NCBI GenBank assembly: GCA_951406725.2
Contig: OX597828.1
Location: 9,920,001-9,984,000 of the forward strand
Reading direction: 5' to 3'
DNA length: 64,000 bases
Source: Octopus vulgaris
Lineage: Eukaryota
The notes beneath the pieces are model-generated. The model was not told the origin of the DNA, did no database searches, and saw only the letters and a program-made list of their open reading frames with translations. Of this stretch, positions 12,955-29,355 are shown piece by piece (positions within the stretch are counted from its first letter, which is position 1; every line of letters begins with the position of its first letter). The position numbers were made by a program, and so were the translations under genes.

Positions 12955-13989
12955 AATGAAGACGACAATACAGGATAGATTGAAGCACTTTCAGTCAAGG
13001 CTGAAATATGTCCTCTACATATCCTCTATTCAAACATATGTACATGTATATAGATGTGTGTAAACATAGACTCAAACCTTCACACATATTCATATATATG
13101 TGTGTTTAGAGAGAGACAAGGTGGGTTGATTAACAAATTTGTTCACGACAGTGGTTGTTTAACTAAAAGAAGTAAATTATTCATACCTTGTATATACGAA
13201 GAAAAGCAACTTTTGTGCATATACCAACATCCCTGTCTTCTGTATTTGTTCGTGGTGGATAAATAAGGGTTTCGAAATGTCGCGTTAAAAAGTGTACAAG
13301 TGCCTCATATTATACTAAGAGTATAAACTGAGTATTTCCACAATTTCATGAAGTAAATTATAAACGTGAATTTGAAACATCTATCCTTGTACGTGTCACT
13401 CGCACAAAAATAAGCATATAAATGTTGAGAGACATTGTATATTTATATACGGGAATACTTCCGAATTTGTGAAACAAATCAGACGAATAATAGTTATTGC
13501 TCTTTAGTTTGGAGTGTGAGACATTTGGAAGAAATATTCAGGAAATCAATGAACGTATTTGTTACATATGCATAATATTTCAGAAGACTATTTTGCTATG
13601 TTTGCTGTATCACATGTTTGGAATATCAATAGCTAACTCTGGATGTATAATTAGTTCGTGATTATTCATAGAATTCTTTTTAATCCAGATTAACTTTTAA
13701 GAACAATTCGTCACGTTTAGAATTTGAGTCGGGTAAGTTTTCACAATAAAAGACAGCATTGATGAAAAGCTACGGTCCGATGGTGTTAGAATGAATGTAG
13801 TAAATTTGCTGCTCGCAAAATTTACATGTCGGCACTTACCATTATACGGACCTATAGATAAATATATGTACACACACACACACACACACACACACACTCC
13901 TTCTTCCCTTCTTTCCTGAGCGACCAATAATACTTTATTTGTTCCACGTCCTTGCGTTGTTGTGTTTTTTTGTTTTCTTGTTTGGATTT

Positions 13990-14072
<83 letters not shown>

Positions 14073-14355
14073 GTATATGAATATATGCATATGCATATAT
14101 ATGTACATATACTTATTTATATGTACGTATAATTGTATGTGCCGACATTTAAAATTTTAACAATAGAAGACATCAATGACGAAAAGCTACGGTCCAATGG
14201 TTTTACAATGAACTTCATGTGTTCTGTAGTAATTTTGCTGGTCCCAAATGTTACATCTCATCACTTACAATTATACTTACATATAGATAAGTATATGTAC
14301 AAATATACATATACAAAAACATATATATATATATACATGTATATATATATTTATA

Positions 14356-17000
<2,645 letters not shown>

Positions 17001-17365
17001 CCTGCACACATAAAATAAATAATTTTTTTTAAAAATATATATGTGCACATTAAAAGATTACTTATTTGTAGAATTTGCAGCTTTTACAATTTAGAATTAT
17101 TTTTATTTATAAAAATATATAAATACATAGATAAATAAATATCATATGATATAACATAACATGCTATGAATATAATATAATATAAGGAAATAAAAAATTA
17201 AGAAACCTATATAACCAACAATTTGTTTCGACTTATATACATTATTTGATTAATATGAGTATTTCCAAAGCTTTCGTCCAAATGACAAGCGAAATTCCGC
17301 TTGAAAGAACGACTGGATTACAAAGCCACTATTCACCCTGAATTTCGTCTATCGGCTGAACCAAA

Positions 17366-17444
17366 GCTCTGAAGAGAGTTATATAAATGGCTATAAACTG
17401 TTTATGAGTCAAATAACGTATATAAGTCGAAACAAATAGTTGGC
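17366..17444 (+). ncRNA. Putative minimal type I hammerhead ribozyme with long stem II (Penelope pLTR style)
   Basis: gct-CTGAAGA-gagttatata...tatataagtc-GAAAC-aaata-GTT-ggc: canonical core, 10-bp stem II base with one G-G mismatch, 2-bp stem III, 3-bp stem I. Confidence 0.5.
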
Positions 17445-17704
17445 GTTCTTTGTTTTTTAATATTTTTTAAGACATATGATCTCACATTATATGATACTCA
17501 TAGTAATATTATTTCTATAGTATAATATAAATAAATTATTACGTTGTTGATTGGATGTCTGTATTTAATTTACTGTTTGTAATTTGCATTATACCCCTAT
17601 TTCTGTGGTATTCAAATGATGTACTAGTGAATTGGATATTTTACGCAGCCTTTTTAAGGAATTTCTTTCCTTAATTTGTTACTTTAATATATATATATAT
17701 ATAA

Positions 17705-17870
17705 AGGTGCAGGAGTTGCTTGGTGGTAAGTAGCTTACTTAACAACCCCATGGTTCTGAGTTTAGTTCCACTGCGTGTCACCCTCACCTAGTGCCTTCTG
17801 CTATAGCCCCGGGCCGACCAAAGCCTTGCAAGTGGATTTGGTAGAAGAAAACTGAAAGAAGCCTGTCGTA
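17705..17870 (+). mobile_element. SINE family A, 5' half
   Basis: Head homology ending at the internal (TA)n. Confidence 0.85.
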
Positions 17871-17945
17871 TATATATATATATATATAATTTGCATTATA
17901 CCCCTATTTCTGTGGTATTCAAATGATGTACTAGTGAATGATGTA

Positions 17946-18218
17946 CAGCGTCGGCTGCGGGGTCATTCCGAAAAGCTCTACCTGCGACGATTTCATCTCA
18001 ATCGAAGGAGAGGAGCTTTCTCCGTCCGGGTTGCGGATCCGTGGAACAAGCTGCCAGAGGAGATGGTGAAGATGCCGACGACCGCTTTGTTCAAAGCCTC
18101 CCTGGACCTCAAGTGGCCTGAACTCTTTACATGAACACCACCCTGTACTTAACTCCATGACCCCCTACATGGCCTTGCTATTTGCTTTTGAGCCAAATTA
18201 ACTAACTAACTAACTAAC
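17946..18218 (+). mobile_element. CR1-type LINE 3' end, 5'-truncated, with (TAAC)n tail
   Basis: LRGHSEKL...RRGAFSVRVADPWNKLPEEMV...FKASLD is the typical CR1/L2-group ORF2 C-terminus; short 3' UTR and taactaactaac tail follow. Confidence 0.88.
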
Positions 18219-19010
18219 ATATATATATATATACGACATATATGCACATATATGCATATATATGCATATATATACATGTGTGTGTGTGTGTGTGCGTGTG
18301 TTTCCATCTATATATTTACGTATATGCATATATTTGTGTGCATATATAGACACACACAGACATATATATCATATATCGGAAGACTGAGAGAGTGGGCTAG
18401 AGTTTTCTGTAGTTGTAAACAAAATAAAGATATCGGGAGCAAAATGCCACCAGAGAATGCTACCGTCATTCTCGTGGGTCTGTCATTTCGATATCTTACA
18501 TAATATTAAAGATACAGAAGTTGTTGCCGAAACATTTTCTACCAGTGTAATCATATTATATATTCTTAATGCAATTATGTACTGATATTGCTATAATATG
18601 CCGTATTATTCAATTTTAGAATATATGAAAATTTAATATTGCAATGTGTGAGTTTTCAAATGTTGTGAAACATTATTATTGTCTTTGTGTACCCTTGTGT
18701 GTATGAATGTATCTTTTCTACATTTATATATAGATATTTCTATATACATATACCTATACACATGCACACGCATACATATAAATGCAATACAATAAGTTTA
18801 TTTTTATAGATTTCAATGTGGATACGCGCCAATGAAGAGTTACTGAGATGTGAATCCAAAATATCAAAATATATAGACAATTGTTCTGAAATCCTTGTAC
18901 ATACGTACACAATTTATTACACACGCTTTGATACATACATAAATATACACTTGCATATACATGCATACATATATGCACATATATATTTTTGTGTGTATAC
19001 ATATGAACAT

Positions 19011-19048
<38 letters not shown>

Positions 19049-19383
19049 GAGAGAGAGATGTATATATAGATATATATACATATTGTGCACATATGCACTT
19101 GCATTAATACATGTGTGTCTATATGTAAGGGAGGGGTGCGTGTATAAATTCTTTAGCACAAGCATGTAGGCACCTATACGTACCTATTTATGTACACGTA
19201 TCTTTGCTTTCTTTCAGAGTGGTCACAAGAACATTAAAATAGCAAAATGTGCACCGACATACATATGAACAGACACATAACACACATATACAATCATATT
19301 TATTCATCTGTCTATCTATCTCTCCCCCTTTCTCTCTCCATAAAATATATATATATATATACATACATACATATATATATATA

Positions 19384-19433
<50 letters not shown>

Positions 19434-19452
19434 CATATATATATACATACAT

Positions 19453-19533
<81 letters not shown>

Positions 19534-21427
19534 TATTTATACCCACATACATATATAGCTTCTTATATATGTTGTTGAAATTGAAGAGATTTTTCTATCT
19601 TAGTAAAATATAAATAGCTAAGTGAAAAGAAACGAAAAAAATAGGTTAGTTTTAAGTAAACACAGCATTATTTGTACAAATAAAGTTTTGCAATAAATGT
19701 TAAAGTTCAATGCAAAACTACTAACTAAAAGAAATTATCTAAAATAAAGCATTTATTAAAACAAACCATGTTTCTTCAGTGACCTTTTTACTTAAAAACG
19801 CTTTTGTATCTTACAATGTTCGATGATAAAAAAGGAGATATTCTTTCTGTGATTTGTTTTCAAAAAGGGAGAAAGAACTATAAAAAAAGTTTGAAAATGA
19901 AACTGAAATAAACTTCAATATTCCTTGAAACAAAAAATAAATAATAAAATAATATTTTATGATACAGAAAAAGATGTAAAAAATGTAAAAAATGTAGTCT
20001 ATGTTCATCTGAATATTTTAATTCCTTCATGAGGGTTTCTTGAATATTTCATTGTTCATGTATATATTATATATTTATTATTCCTTGCTAAATAAATACC
20101 GAACATAACAGGAAATAAATGGAAAACTTTCAATAGCGGTCTTGCCTGAATACAAGTGCATTTTGTGAAATATACAAGTCTTCATTTTCATTTATTTATA
20201 TATTTATTTATTGATGATAGAAAAAGTCGATATCAGAAACATAGAAAACACTATCAGATAAAATCGGAAACACTATCAGTTCTGAAACATAACTTCAAAT
20301 TCCTTTATTCAAGTAATATAAAATATATGTTATATATAAAAAAAAAGTTATTTTCTTAATCGAAGATATTTAGATTAACTCATATACTTAAGAATAGTTT
20401 ATATTTACATAAACTATCTAACGGGGAAAATAAAACCTTATTTTGCGAATGAAATATTCCAGCAACTCATACGTTTGTGAAAACTAATTTATTTATTTAT
20501 TTATTTATTTTTGCTTTTCGTCCTATAGGCACAAGCCTGAATTTATTTTTACAGGATGGGGATACTCGAGTACATTGACCTTACACCTTTGCTGAATCTG
20601 TAGCTAATAATATTAATTAATGTTATCTAATTATTTGTTGGAAGCTCTAACTGCTTTTCCAACGCAACAACTTAGTATTCATAATAATAAAAAAAATTAA
20701 TACTTTGTACTATAGGCAGAAGGCCTGAAATATTTGATGATTTGTCGATTACAATGACACCAGTTCTAAGGGATGAAAATCAAAACCTAGCTCGATGGAA
20801 TTTAAAACCATTATAAAATAACGGAAAAAAATAATCGCTAAACGCTTGTCCCACGATTTTGCTAGCTTACCGCCTTAAACTCTGATTTCAATTGAATTAT
20901 ATTTTAAGAGAAGTATGCAGTTCACAACCGTGAATTTCATACTCCTCTATAAATGCTAAGTAAATTTTAAATTTGAGTTGCAAGATATATTGGTTTTAAG
21001 GTAATGTCAACAATATGACATGGCAGGGCTTTGGTGAAATAAGGTGATGTTTTACCTATTTAGTAGGTAAAATGTAATTACACATAAATGTAAATTAGCA
21101 TATTTTCATAGAATTTTCGCTGGAAAGAGAAACTCTTATAAATCGATTGGTTAGAAATCGCAAATACATTATCTAAAATAATTTCTGTTTTGCAATTACG
21201 AAATGATACAATGGAAAAAATAAACAGTAACCACATATTTGATATAATCTGAAAGTACATTGTTAGAGATGAATTTTGTTGCATACGGATTATATGTGTG
21301 TGTATATATATATACACACACACACACATATATATATACATGTATATAAACATATATATATACATACATATATATATACATATATATATATATATAGTCA
21401 CCCACATATATCTATATATAGTGTGTT

Positions 21428-21588
21428 TATATATGAAAGCATATGTTTATGTGTGTGTATATATTTACATACACACATACATATGTTTGCATATGTGTGT
21501 ATACATATATATATATATATATGTATACAAACATATGCAAACATATGTATGTGTGTATGTAAATATATACACACACATAAACATATGC

Positions 21589-21600
<12 letters not shown>
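21428..21600. repeat. Near-perfect palindrome, ~80-bp arms, centred on (TA)n
   Basis: Arms differ by one substitution and one indel. Confidence 0.9.
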
Positions 21601-21628
<28 letters not shown>

Positions 21629-23229
21629 CATATCTTCATATATATATGTATATATATATATATGTATGTATATATATATATACATGTATATACATATGTA
21701 TACATGTCTTTATATATGTATGTATACTTTAATTTATTTTGCAACGGAAGTACACGCAGACGATATGAGTAATTAGATAGATGGATTATTCGACGGATAA
21801 CATTTGAAGCATTTTATAGCAAAACAAAACTTTCATAAAATGTCGAATGGATTTTAAATGTTCACTTTCGAAAGAAACGTTTATAATGAATTATATGTGA
21901 CGGATATTTTTAAAACCCATGAAGCTGCTGACACAAATAGCATGTTGGGTAATTTGTCTACATTTCTTCTCATCAGATGAACGTTACCTATATAGCCAAC
22001 TTGGAAACTCGACGCCATTTTAGATTACCAGCATTTTATGAGGAACAATAGAGGAGGCATGTTGGCAGAGATTTCAGTGTTACAAATTCGGCAACATGTG
22101 ATGTGGAATTCGAAAATCAGCATGCAGTCTCTTTGATCTTTTCATTTTATCTCTATTATTTTAAAAGTCGATACGTTGTGATTTGCTTTGTTTCGTTTGT
22201 TTATTCTGTATTTCTACTTCTCTAATGGGACGCATTCCAAGGTGAGATAGAGAGAATGAAAAAGGGAAACAGAGAGGTAAGGAAATAGAGAGGGAGAGAA
22301 AGCGAGAGAGATTGAAATCTACGCTTTTGCTCCAAAATGTTTTTGATCATTTTATCTGTTAGAGATTCAATGATAAATTTCTTTTATTCTTAAAAAAAAA
22401 TATGTATATTATCGTCTGCTGTCTTTCATATTAAAGCCCTTAATGTTCTTCTACAATAGGAGATTCTCTTTTGAATTCCATAATACATATGCGTTTCGAA
22501 ATAATTTTATTGAATTAGGCTTTAGTGCATATTCCTCTTTGATTTTTCAGACAAAATTTCTGTTTTTATTCGAACAAATAGTAAATAAAATTGAATTATA
22601 CACAAAGAATGTAAGAAATAATGACAAAAAAAGACAACAAAAAAAGAATAGAGGCGTTAGTCTACACACACAAAAAAAAGTATTATAAATTCATTTACAT
22701 GTTTGCTTTTTTTCTTTTCTTTTCATCAAAAAGTTATTATGAAGTGGAGCATGTTATGTTTGTGTTAGATTATCTTTATGACAACATTTGCAATGAAAAC
22801 TATAACGATCCAAATCACAGTTGTTCAAATGTTTAACACGTAATACACATTCCTCACCACTTTTGGTTAAAACTGTAGATAATAGCGTGTCTGACGTTAA
22901 TGTTTGCATGAAATAAGAACTATACTTACTCTACTTATAAATGAAATGTAATTAGAGAAGTATATATTACTTAAACTAAGACAATTTACAGAATATTGAA
23001 GACAATAACTGCAAAAACATATATAGCAAAACATGATTCCACTGATAGAAGATACAAAAATAAATTATATATTTTCCTCAGAAACATAAAAACATTTTCC
23101 AATATTCTCTCACGCATAGGTACGTACAGACAGACACCACCCGCATTAACACATACATATTTAAACTTCCTTTCACGTTGAATATAAAATTCTTTTACGC
23201 GGTCGACCACAACAGCAACGATATATCAG

Positions 23230-23920
23230 CCCTTAACCAATTCCTTCATAGCTACAACGTATCTGTTCTTGCACTGTTGCAGTCCTTCATAATCCTCTGC
23301 TTAACTGAAGTCTTCCTCACATTTAAATGATCCTGTTTCAATGATCAACTTTGTTACTATGTGTATTATGCAAAGGTCATTGTAGGATACGATGAGGTAC
23401 ACTTCATTATCCAATTCATGTTACCTCTCCACAGCTTTCCGATCGTTGTAATGACAAATGCCTGGATGTTTTCACACATATCAGACAGTTGATCCATAAC
23501 TTAATTACTGTTAATAGCTATTTTCGTTCCGCACGAGCATTCACATATTTCGCTTCCGACTCCCTGAAAGATATCTCCATCACCAATAAATATAAATACT
23601 TCTTCACCTCTGTGCATTACAAGCCTACTTCTATCCACTCCTCAACGCACTGGTAAATCAAATCGTAATGATGTTTTCTCCAACTTTACCATCCTCGTCG
23701 AATCTGCAACAAAATTTCGGATTTCGAACGTGAATGCGATAAAATGCTGCATTTCTTCTTTATTCAGGCTATATCTAATCAGCTGCAATCCCTACACATC
23801 ATCTTTTATCCCCACATAAACCTTCAGACTGGATTCCACATGTCTCCATCTTTAACGTCCCATCCTCGAATTGAAACGCACACTATTCGGGTTATAAATC
23901 TGTGACATCACAAGCCTTCC
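23230..23920 (-). mobile_element. Possible very old LINE RT fragment
   Basis: Only a weak motif (EVKKYLYLLVMEI, resembling EVxxFKYLG) and coding-like composition. Confidence 0.25.
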
Positions 23921-24396
23921 GATCATTACACAACTACATCTCTTTGCTTTAAAGAAAGAACAGTAGAGAGAAATACTCCAGCAACATCATAGAAATTCCT
24001 CAGAGTGAGGCAAGCAACGATTTTCTGTTTAGAAGGCTACAGCCAGCAATGGCTCTAAATCACTGTACGATAACCTGCAAATGCCCTGGTACCTATCTGC
24101 CCATCTTATATACGGCAAATATTGATATGTACATTTTACTGATGATTTTAGCGAGCACATTCATGGTAGAATACTTCATGTGCCAGGCCTATGGGAGACC
24201 GATTCCTTCTTGGGAACGAGTCACTAATTTTCAATGTCCGGTGTGACTGAGGTCTCGCCAATATTCTGCACAAAAACGGGAAACAGAAGAGCGGTGTTTC
24301 CTTTTCAAACACAATCTACGTGTTAAAGAACAATACATTTATTTTCACATATTTGACACTCCTAATGCAGCGGTATCAGCTGTATTCTTTCGTTTG

Positions 24397-24780
24397 CAGA
24401 CAATTCATCGAGAGACAATTCACCGACACACAATTCACCGACAGAAAATTCGCCGATTGTACAATTGGCTGATTGGACAATAAGTCGACATGCGTAGTAT
24501 CGATCATGGAGTTCCAAACGGAACGAGAAGACCGACAGTTTCTATATAAAGGGTACGTCTAGATAATTGATAAAATCAGAAAAAGAAAAGGACTTATTGG
24601 GCATGCACAAATCGTAACGAGTGAAGTGCTAGAATGAAAACGATTGAGGATAAAATTAGTGCAACTCCTTCTGAACACGTACGTCCACGTACGCCGATTG
24701 AAAATCAAGATGCAAATGTTAAGGAAGAAATAAACCTTCTTGCTGGACAAGTTGAACAATTGACGAGTGTGTGAAAGAGA
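24397..24780 (+). mobile_element. Mutator-like (Phantom-type) transposon left end: ~15-bp subterminal tandem repeats plus decayed FLYWCH zinc finger
   Basis: About 6 copies of (g/c)acaattcaccga; ATG at 24506 gives MEFQTEREDRQFLYKGYV*IIDK, then after a frameshift KRTYWACTNRNE*SARMKT...SEHVRP. Confidence 0.7.
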
Positions 24781-24829
24781 ATTTTGAAAATCGCTATGAT
24801 AATCACATGGCTTGTTATAGATATAATCG

Positions 24830-25135
24830 TAGTTGTGTGGTAAAAACTTCTTTTCCAATCACAGGGCCCCGGGTTCAGTATCATTGCGTGGAACCTTGAG
24901 CAAGTGACTTCTATACGCGGGGCAGACCAAAGTCTTGTGAATAGATTTGGTAGAGGGAAACGGAAACAAGCTCGTCGTAATATATATATATATATAGATA
25001 TATATATATATATATATGGCCTGCTGGCTTAGCCGGCGGGGTAGCGTCATTTGAAGGCTAAAACAATGCGAAGCGCATTGTGACCAGCGATATGTAGCAG
25101 CATCTTATAGCCTGGTCAGTCACGGTGATCACGGT
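24830..25135 (+). mobile_element. Degenerate SINE family A head (to 24978), then (TA)n and a separate GC-richer repeat fragment (25018-25135)
   Basis: Head homology ccgggttcagt...gatttggtaga..gaaac. The second fragment is called from recalled octopus SINE tails only. Confidence 0.65.
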
Positions 25136-25193
25136 CATATATTTATGTATATGTGTATATATATATATACATATATATTATATATATACACAT

Positions 25194-25247
<54 letters not shown>

Positions 25248-25482
25248 TCACACACACACACACACATCGATCTTCAGAATGCGTTCAAACGAATTTTTCC
25301 ACCGTCTAGGCTCAAAAAAATCCGTTTCCTTGTTTGATTTTATGTTTTCCTTTCTCGTTGTGTTCTACGTTTATTTGTGGTGTCCTGTACTCATATATAT
25401 ATGTATATATGCATGTATATATACATATAGATGTAGGTATGTACATATATGTATGTATGCATATGTATTATTTATTAAATTG

Positions 25483-25573
<91 letters not shown>

Positions 25574-25576
25574 TAT

Positions 25577-25921
25577 GGAAGGCGCATGGCTCAGTGGTTA
25601 GAGCGTTGAGCTTACGATCGTGAGGTTGTGAGCTCGAATCCCGGACCGGGCTTCGTGTTGTGTTCTTGAGCAAGACGCTTTATTTCACGTTGCTCCAGTT
25701 CACTCAGCTGTAGAAATGAGTTGCGACGTCACGGGTGCCAAGCTGTATCGACCTCTGTCTTTCCCTTGGATAACACTGGTGGCGTGGAGAGGGGAGGCCG
25801 GTATGCATGGGCGACTACTGGTCTTCCATAAAAACAACCTTGCCCAGACTTGTGCCTCAGAGGGTAACTCTCTAGGTGCAAACCCATGGTCACTCATGAC
25901 CGAAGGGGGTCTTTACCCTTT
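25577..25921 (+). mobile_element. tRNA(Arg)-derived CORE-type SINE family B, full length (OR2-like)
   Basis: A box tggctcagtgg, anticodon-like loop ttACGat, B box ctcgaatccc; central cttgagcaag...ctccagttcactcagctgtagaaatgag resembles the CORE domain; colinear with 59138-59464. Confidence 0.9.
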
Positions 25922-25986
25922 ATATATAGATACACACAAACGCACACAAATAGAGAGATCAAGAGATTGATAGAGAAAAAGACAGG

Positions 25987-26018
<32 letters not shown>

Positions 26019-26696
26019 AATCCCCGCCTTTGTATGTGTGTTTGTGCATAACAAGTTCTATATGAAATTTTCATTACCATTATGTATTTATTTGTTATAT
26101 TCATGCTATGGTTTTATGCACTATGAAAGTCTGCTTGCCAAAATTGAAAATATAATTTTAACAAATCCGTTATACATATCGTATTTCTTTCATGTATTAA
26201 TGTAGAAATCCGGCCCTGTATGACAGAAATAATAAATAACTTCCTGTACGTGTGCACGTACACTCCAACACGAATATACATTTGCCTTTCTAAAAGGAAC
26301 TATAATAACAAAGATTCTATTAATTCTGAGGCACAACTTATCCTCTTTTATAAGCGCGCACCATGTTGCACTGGTATAATAGGTTATTCAGTTTGACAGA
26401 CGGACGGAAGGGATGGCTATGATGACTAAGGTCTCTAGTATTAAGGACTTTCCTTTTAACTATCATTGATTAACAGTTCTTTAAGTATCGAGATGAACTG
26501 CGAGTGTATTTTACCGTGTCTGAAAATGATGTATTTCATTCCCACAGATTCCCTAGTGAGAGAGAGAGGAGGGGAGAGGGTATGTAAGAGAAAATAATTA
26601 TTTTCGCATGTCTAATTGTATTTCATGTATAGTTCTTTTTTTGTTGTGCTTCTTTGTTATCTAGTACATCAATATAATTGAATGCTTATAAAATTA

Positions 26697-26913
26697 TACG
26701 AGAGGTTGCTGATAAATTCCTGCCTTTAAGGGTATCGCGCAAAGCCTGGCTATAGGACCAATCTTCCGATTTCTTTTACAGGGCGTAGAAAAACTCAAGG
26801 ACTGCTGGTATAAGAGTTTGAATCTGAGAGAATAATGCGTTGAATAAAATCATAATTTAAAGGTCCTCCTGTATTTTCTCATACTTAAAGCCAGGAACTT
26901 TTTGGCACCCCTA
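26697..26913. mobile_element. Mariner-derived MITE
   Basis: ta-cgagaggttgctgataaattcctgcctttaag ... cttaaagccaggaactttttggcacccc-ta: imperfect TIRs with TA flanks. Confidence 0.7.
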
Positions 26914-29191
26914 TCTATATCATAATCTTAGGAAATTAAAAGAAGGTATTTCCGATTTTCTAAGTGGCTGAACCTGAACGCGGAACATAAATATATGTGA
27001 GTGTAAAGGAGCATTACAATTCTGTTAGAATCATTCTTCTAAATTCTTTTATTCATAATTTTTTAAAATCTCATGATATTATATGATTTTCACCAATGAT
27101 GCTGCCTTTAGTATTGCAGATACTACTACGCACGTACATCTCCGATAGCGGTTGCTTTCAGTACAAATGTACAGTTACCTGCATAGCTGGACGAAACATA
27201 TTTACATGCTTGAAATCACCATGGTCAGTTATATATATATGTTTCAACATTGTGTATGGTTTATTATATGATACTTAGTATAGCTAATCAGACAGTTATA
27301 TTTCGTATATACTGATATAATTCATAATTCATTTGTTGAATTTTAAAGTGATTCGATAATTAATTGCACTGATTTATATTAGACTGTATTACTTGTATGT
27401 CGATCCTTCGATAGTTCATCCAGAACAGGAACTTACTCTAGGCATATTGGTTTCAGTTATTGACACTTGGCCAGGAATTTCGTGGGAAGGTGTTAAATCG
27501 TTGGAATCGAACCACAGTGCTCAAATGGTACTTATTTTATTGGTTTCTGAAAGGAAGAAAGAAGGCAAATTTGACCCCGGCGGAACTTGCACTCAGGACG
27601 TAAAGATGGACGAAATGTCGTTAAGCCTTTTCTCTGGTGCAGTAACATTCTGCCAGCTCGCCGCCTTTTTACCTGTTTGCATATTAATGCCATAATACCA
27701 TAATTGTTAACTAATCTCTCTTGAAACCATTAATATATATTTGATATTTATATATAAATCGGAAACTGTATGTGAAAATTAAACTGGCTTTGACGTGAAC
27801 AAAGGGGGGAACCGTTGAATTAAACATTTAAATGAACCTTGAACACTAACTCACCAGAATTTCGGCTTTCATCATTCACATTGTTCAATGAATATAAATA
27901 ACTAAAATCATAAAGAAAGAAGGAAATAATAATATAAACTATACATAAATAGAAAACAAAACACTGCTTCCTTGTGATGTAGTAGTATAGTTTTTAATGT
28001 CGTTGTATTTTTGTTTTTAATTTTACATTATATGATGTAGTTGCATCCGAATTCTAAGGGACGGTATATTTGAAATATTTCATACTTAATAAAAACTATA
28101 TTAGCTTCTCAAACTGATATCATTGCCTTTTTCTTATAATACATAACACTCTATTCAATGGTATGAAATTTGTTTTTCACAAATCACTTTTTGTGTTTTG
28201 CTTAGGAAAAAATTAAGTTTAGATTAAAAGATTAAAACTTTTCCTGATATTTTCATTGCTTTATTATGTGACTTTTTAAAAAGAATTTGCTCTTTTTTTA
28301 AATTAGATTTTGAGTGAAGAGTTTGTAGAAAAGGTACATGATTGTCCCGTCCTCCTTTCTTCATTGAACATAAGCTTGGAATTGTTTGAATTTTATATTT
28401 TCTTTTTCATGTACTTCGAAGAAATTTTGAAACGAATAATAGTAGTAACTCTCCAAATATTGTGTTGGCAGTAAGAAAAAAATATGAAAACAAAATTCTA
28501 ATGTACATCAGGGTATAAGTAATTTTATTTACATAACTCTCCTAATATTATAAAATGAGAAAGTTACACGAATTCCTAACAAAATAAAATTAACAAATAA
28601 GCTGAACTTACAAAGCATCAAGATACTGATGACTAATACAAATACCGTGAAATGGCGGGGGTGAACGCCGGTAGGGTATAGTCGGATGATAAGAATCATA
28701 AAAGCTAATTTGAATGCAGTAGAATTTGCAGAGTAACCCTCAGTAAATGGTTTCTGCTCAATTCAATTATTAGGCTATACCAAACATTCCTTTAGCGATT
28801 TTATTTTCTACTTTATTTAACTAGAAAATCTGACGCAAAATGAATATTGTTATGCACGATTAAATTCCAATTTTTCGTCTGTTCTATATCATCTCGAATT
28901 TCCGGGAAACGTTTCACCCTTCTAATTCAACAGTATTTGGCAATGAAATTTATTTAAAACTGCTGTGTGTATGAACTTGCTAATGTGGAATTTCTGTAAA
29001 AATTTACTTCGTTCAGCAAAAGTAAATATACATTCGCACGTGCAATTTGGAAAATAATCACACTTACCTTAGCCATCACATGTATCAGCATTTTAAGAAA
29101 ACGCCATTATTCTAAAATGTTGCAATGACTTATTGCTTTCTTTTGTAGTTTTTTATCGATATGTATCCTTCTTCTTAGTCAAGTATATTCT

Positions 29192-29355
29192 GCGAGCTGG
29201 CAGAAACGTTAGCACCCCGGGCGAAATGCGTAGCCGTATTTCGTCTGTCGTTACGTTCCGAGTTCAAATTCTGCCCAGGTCGACTTAATCCCTTTGTCTG
29301 TCCTTGTTTGTCCCCTCTATGTTTAGCCCTTTGTTAGTAGTAAAGAAATAAGTAT
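29192..29355 (+). mobile_element. SINE family D, internally deleted
   Basis: Matches the head and tail of 63352-63580, with the segment between two tcgactt motifs removed. Confidence 0.85.

Noticed and set aside
24397-24492. CRISPR-like repeat array
   Set aside because: Units are ~15 bp with no spacers, in a eukaryotic context; better explained as transposon subterminal repeats.
25577-25655. tRNA-Arg gene
   Set aside because: Acceptor and anticodon stems do not close and the sequence continues into a multi-copy SINE body.
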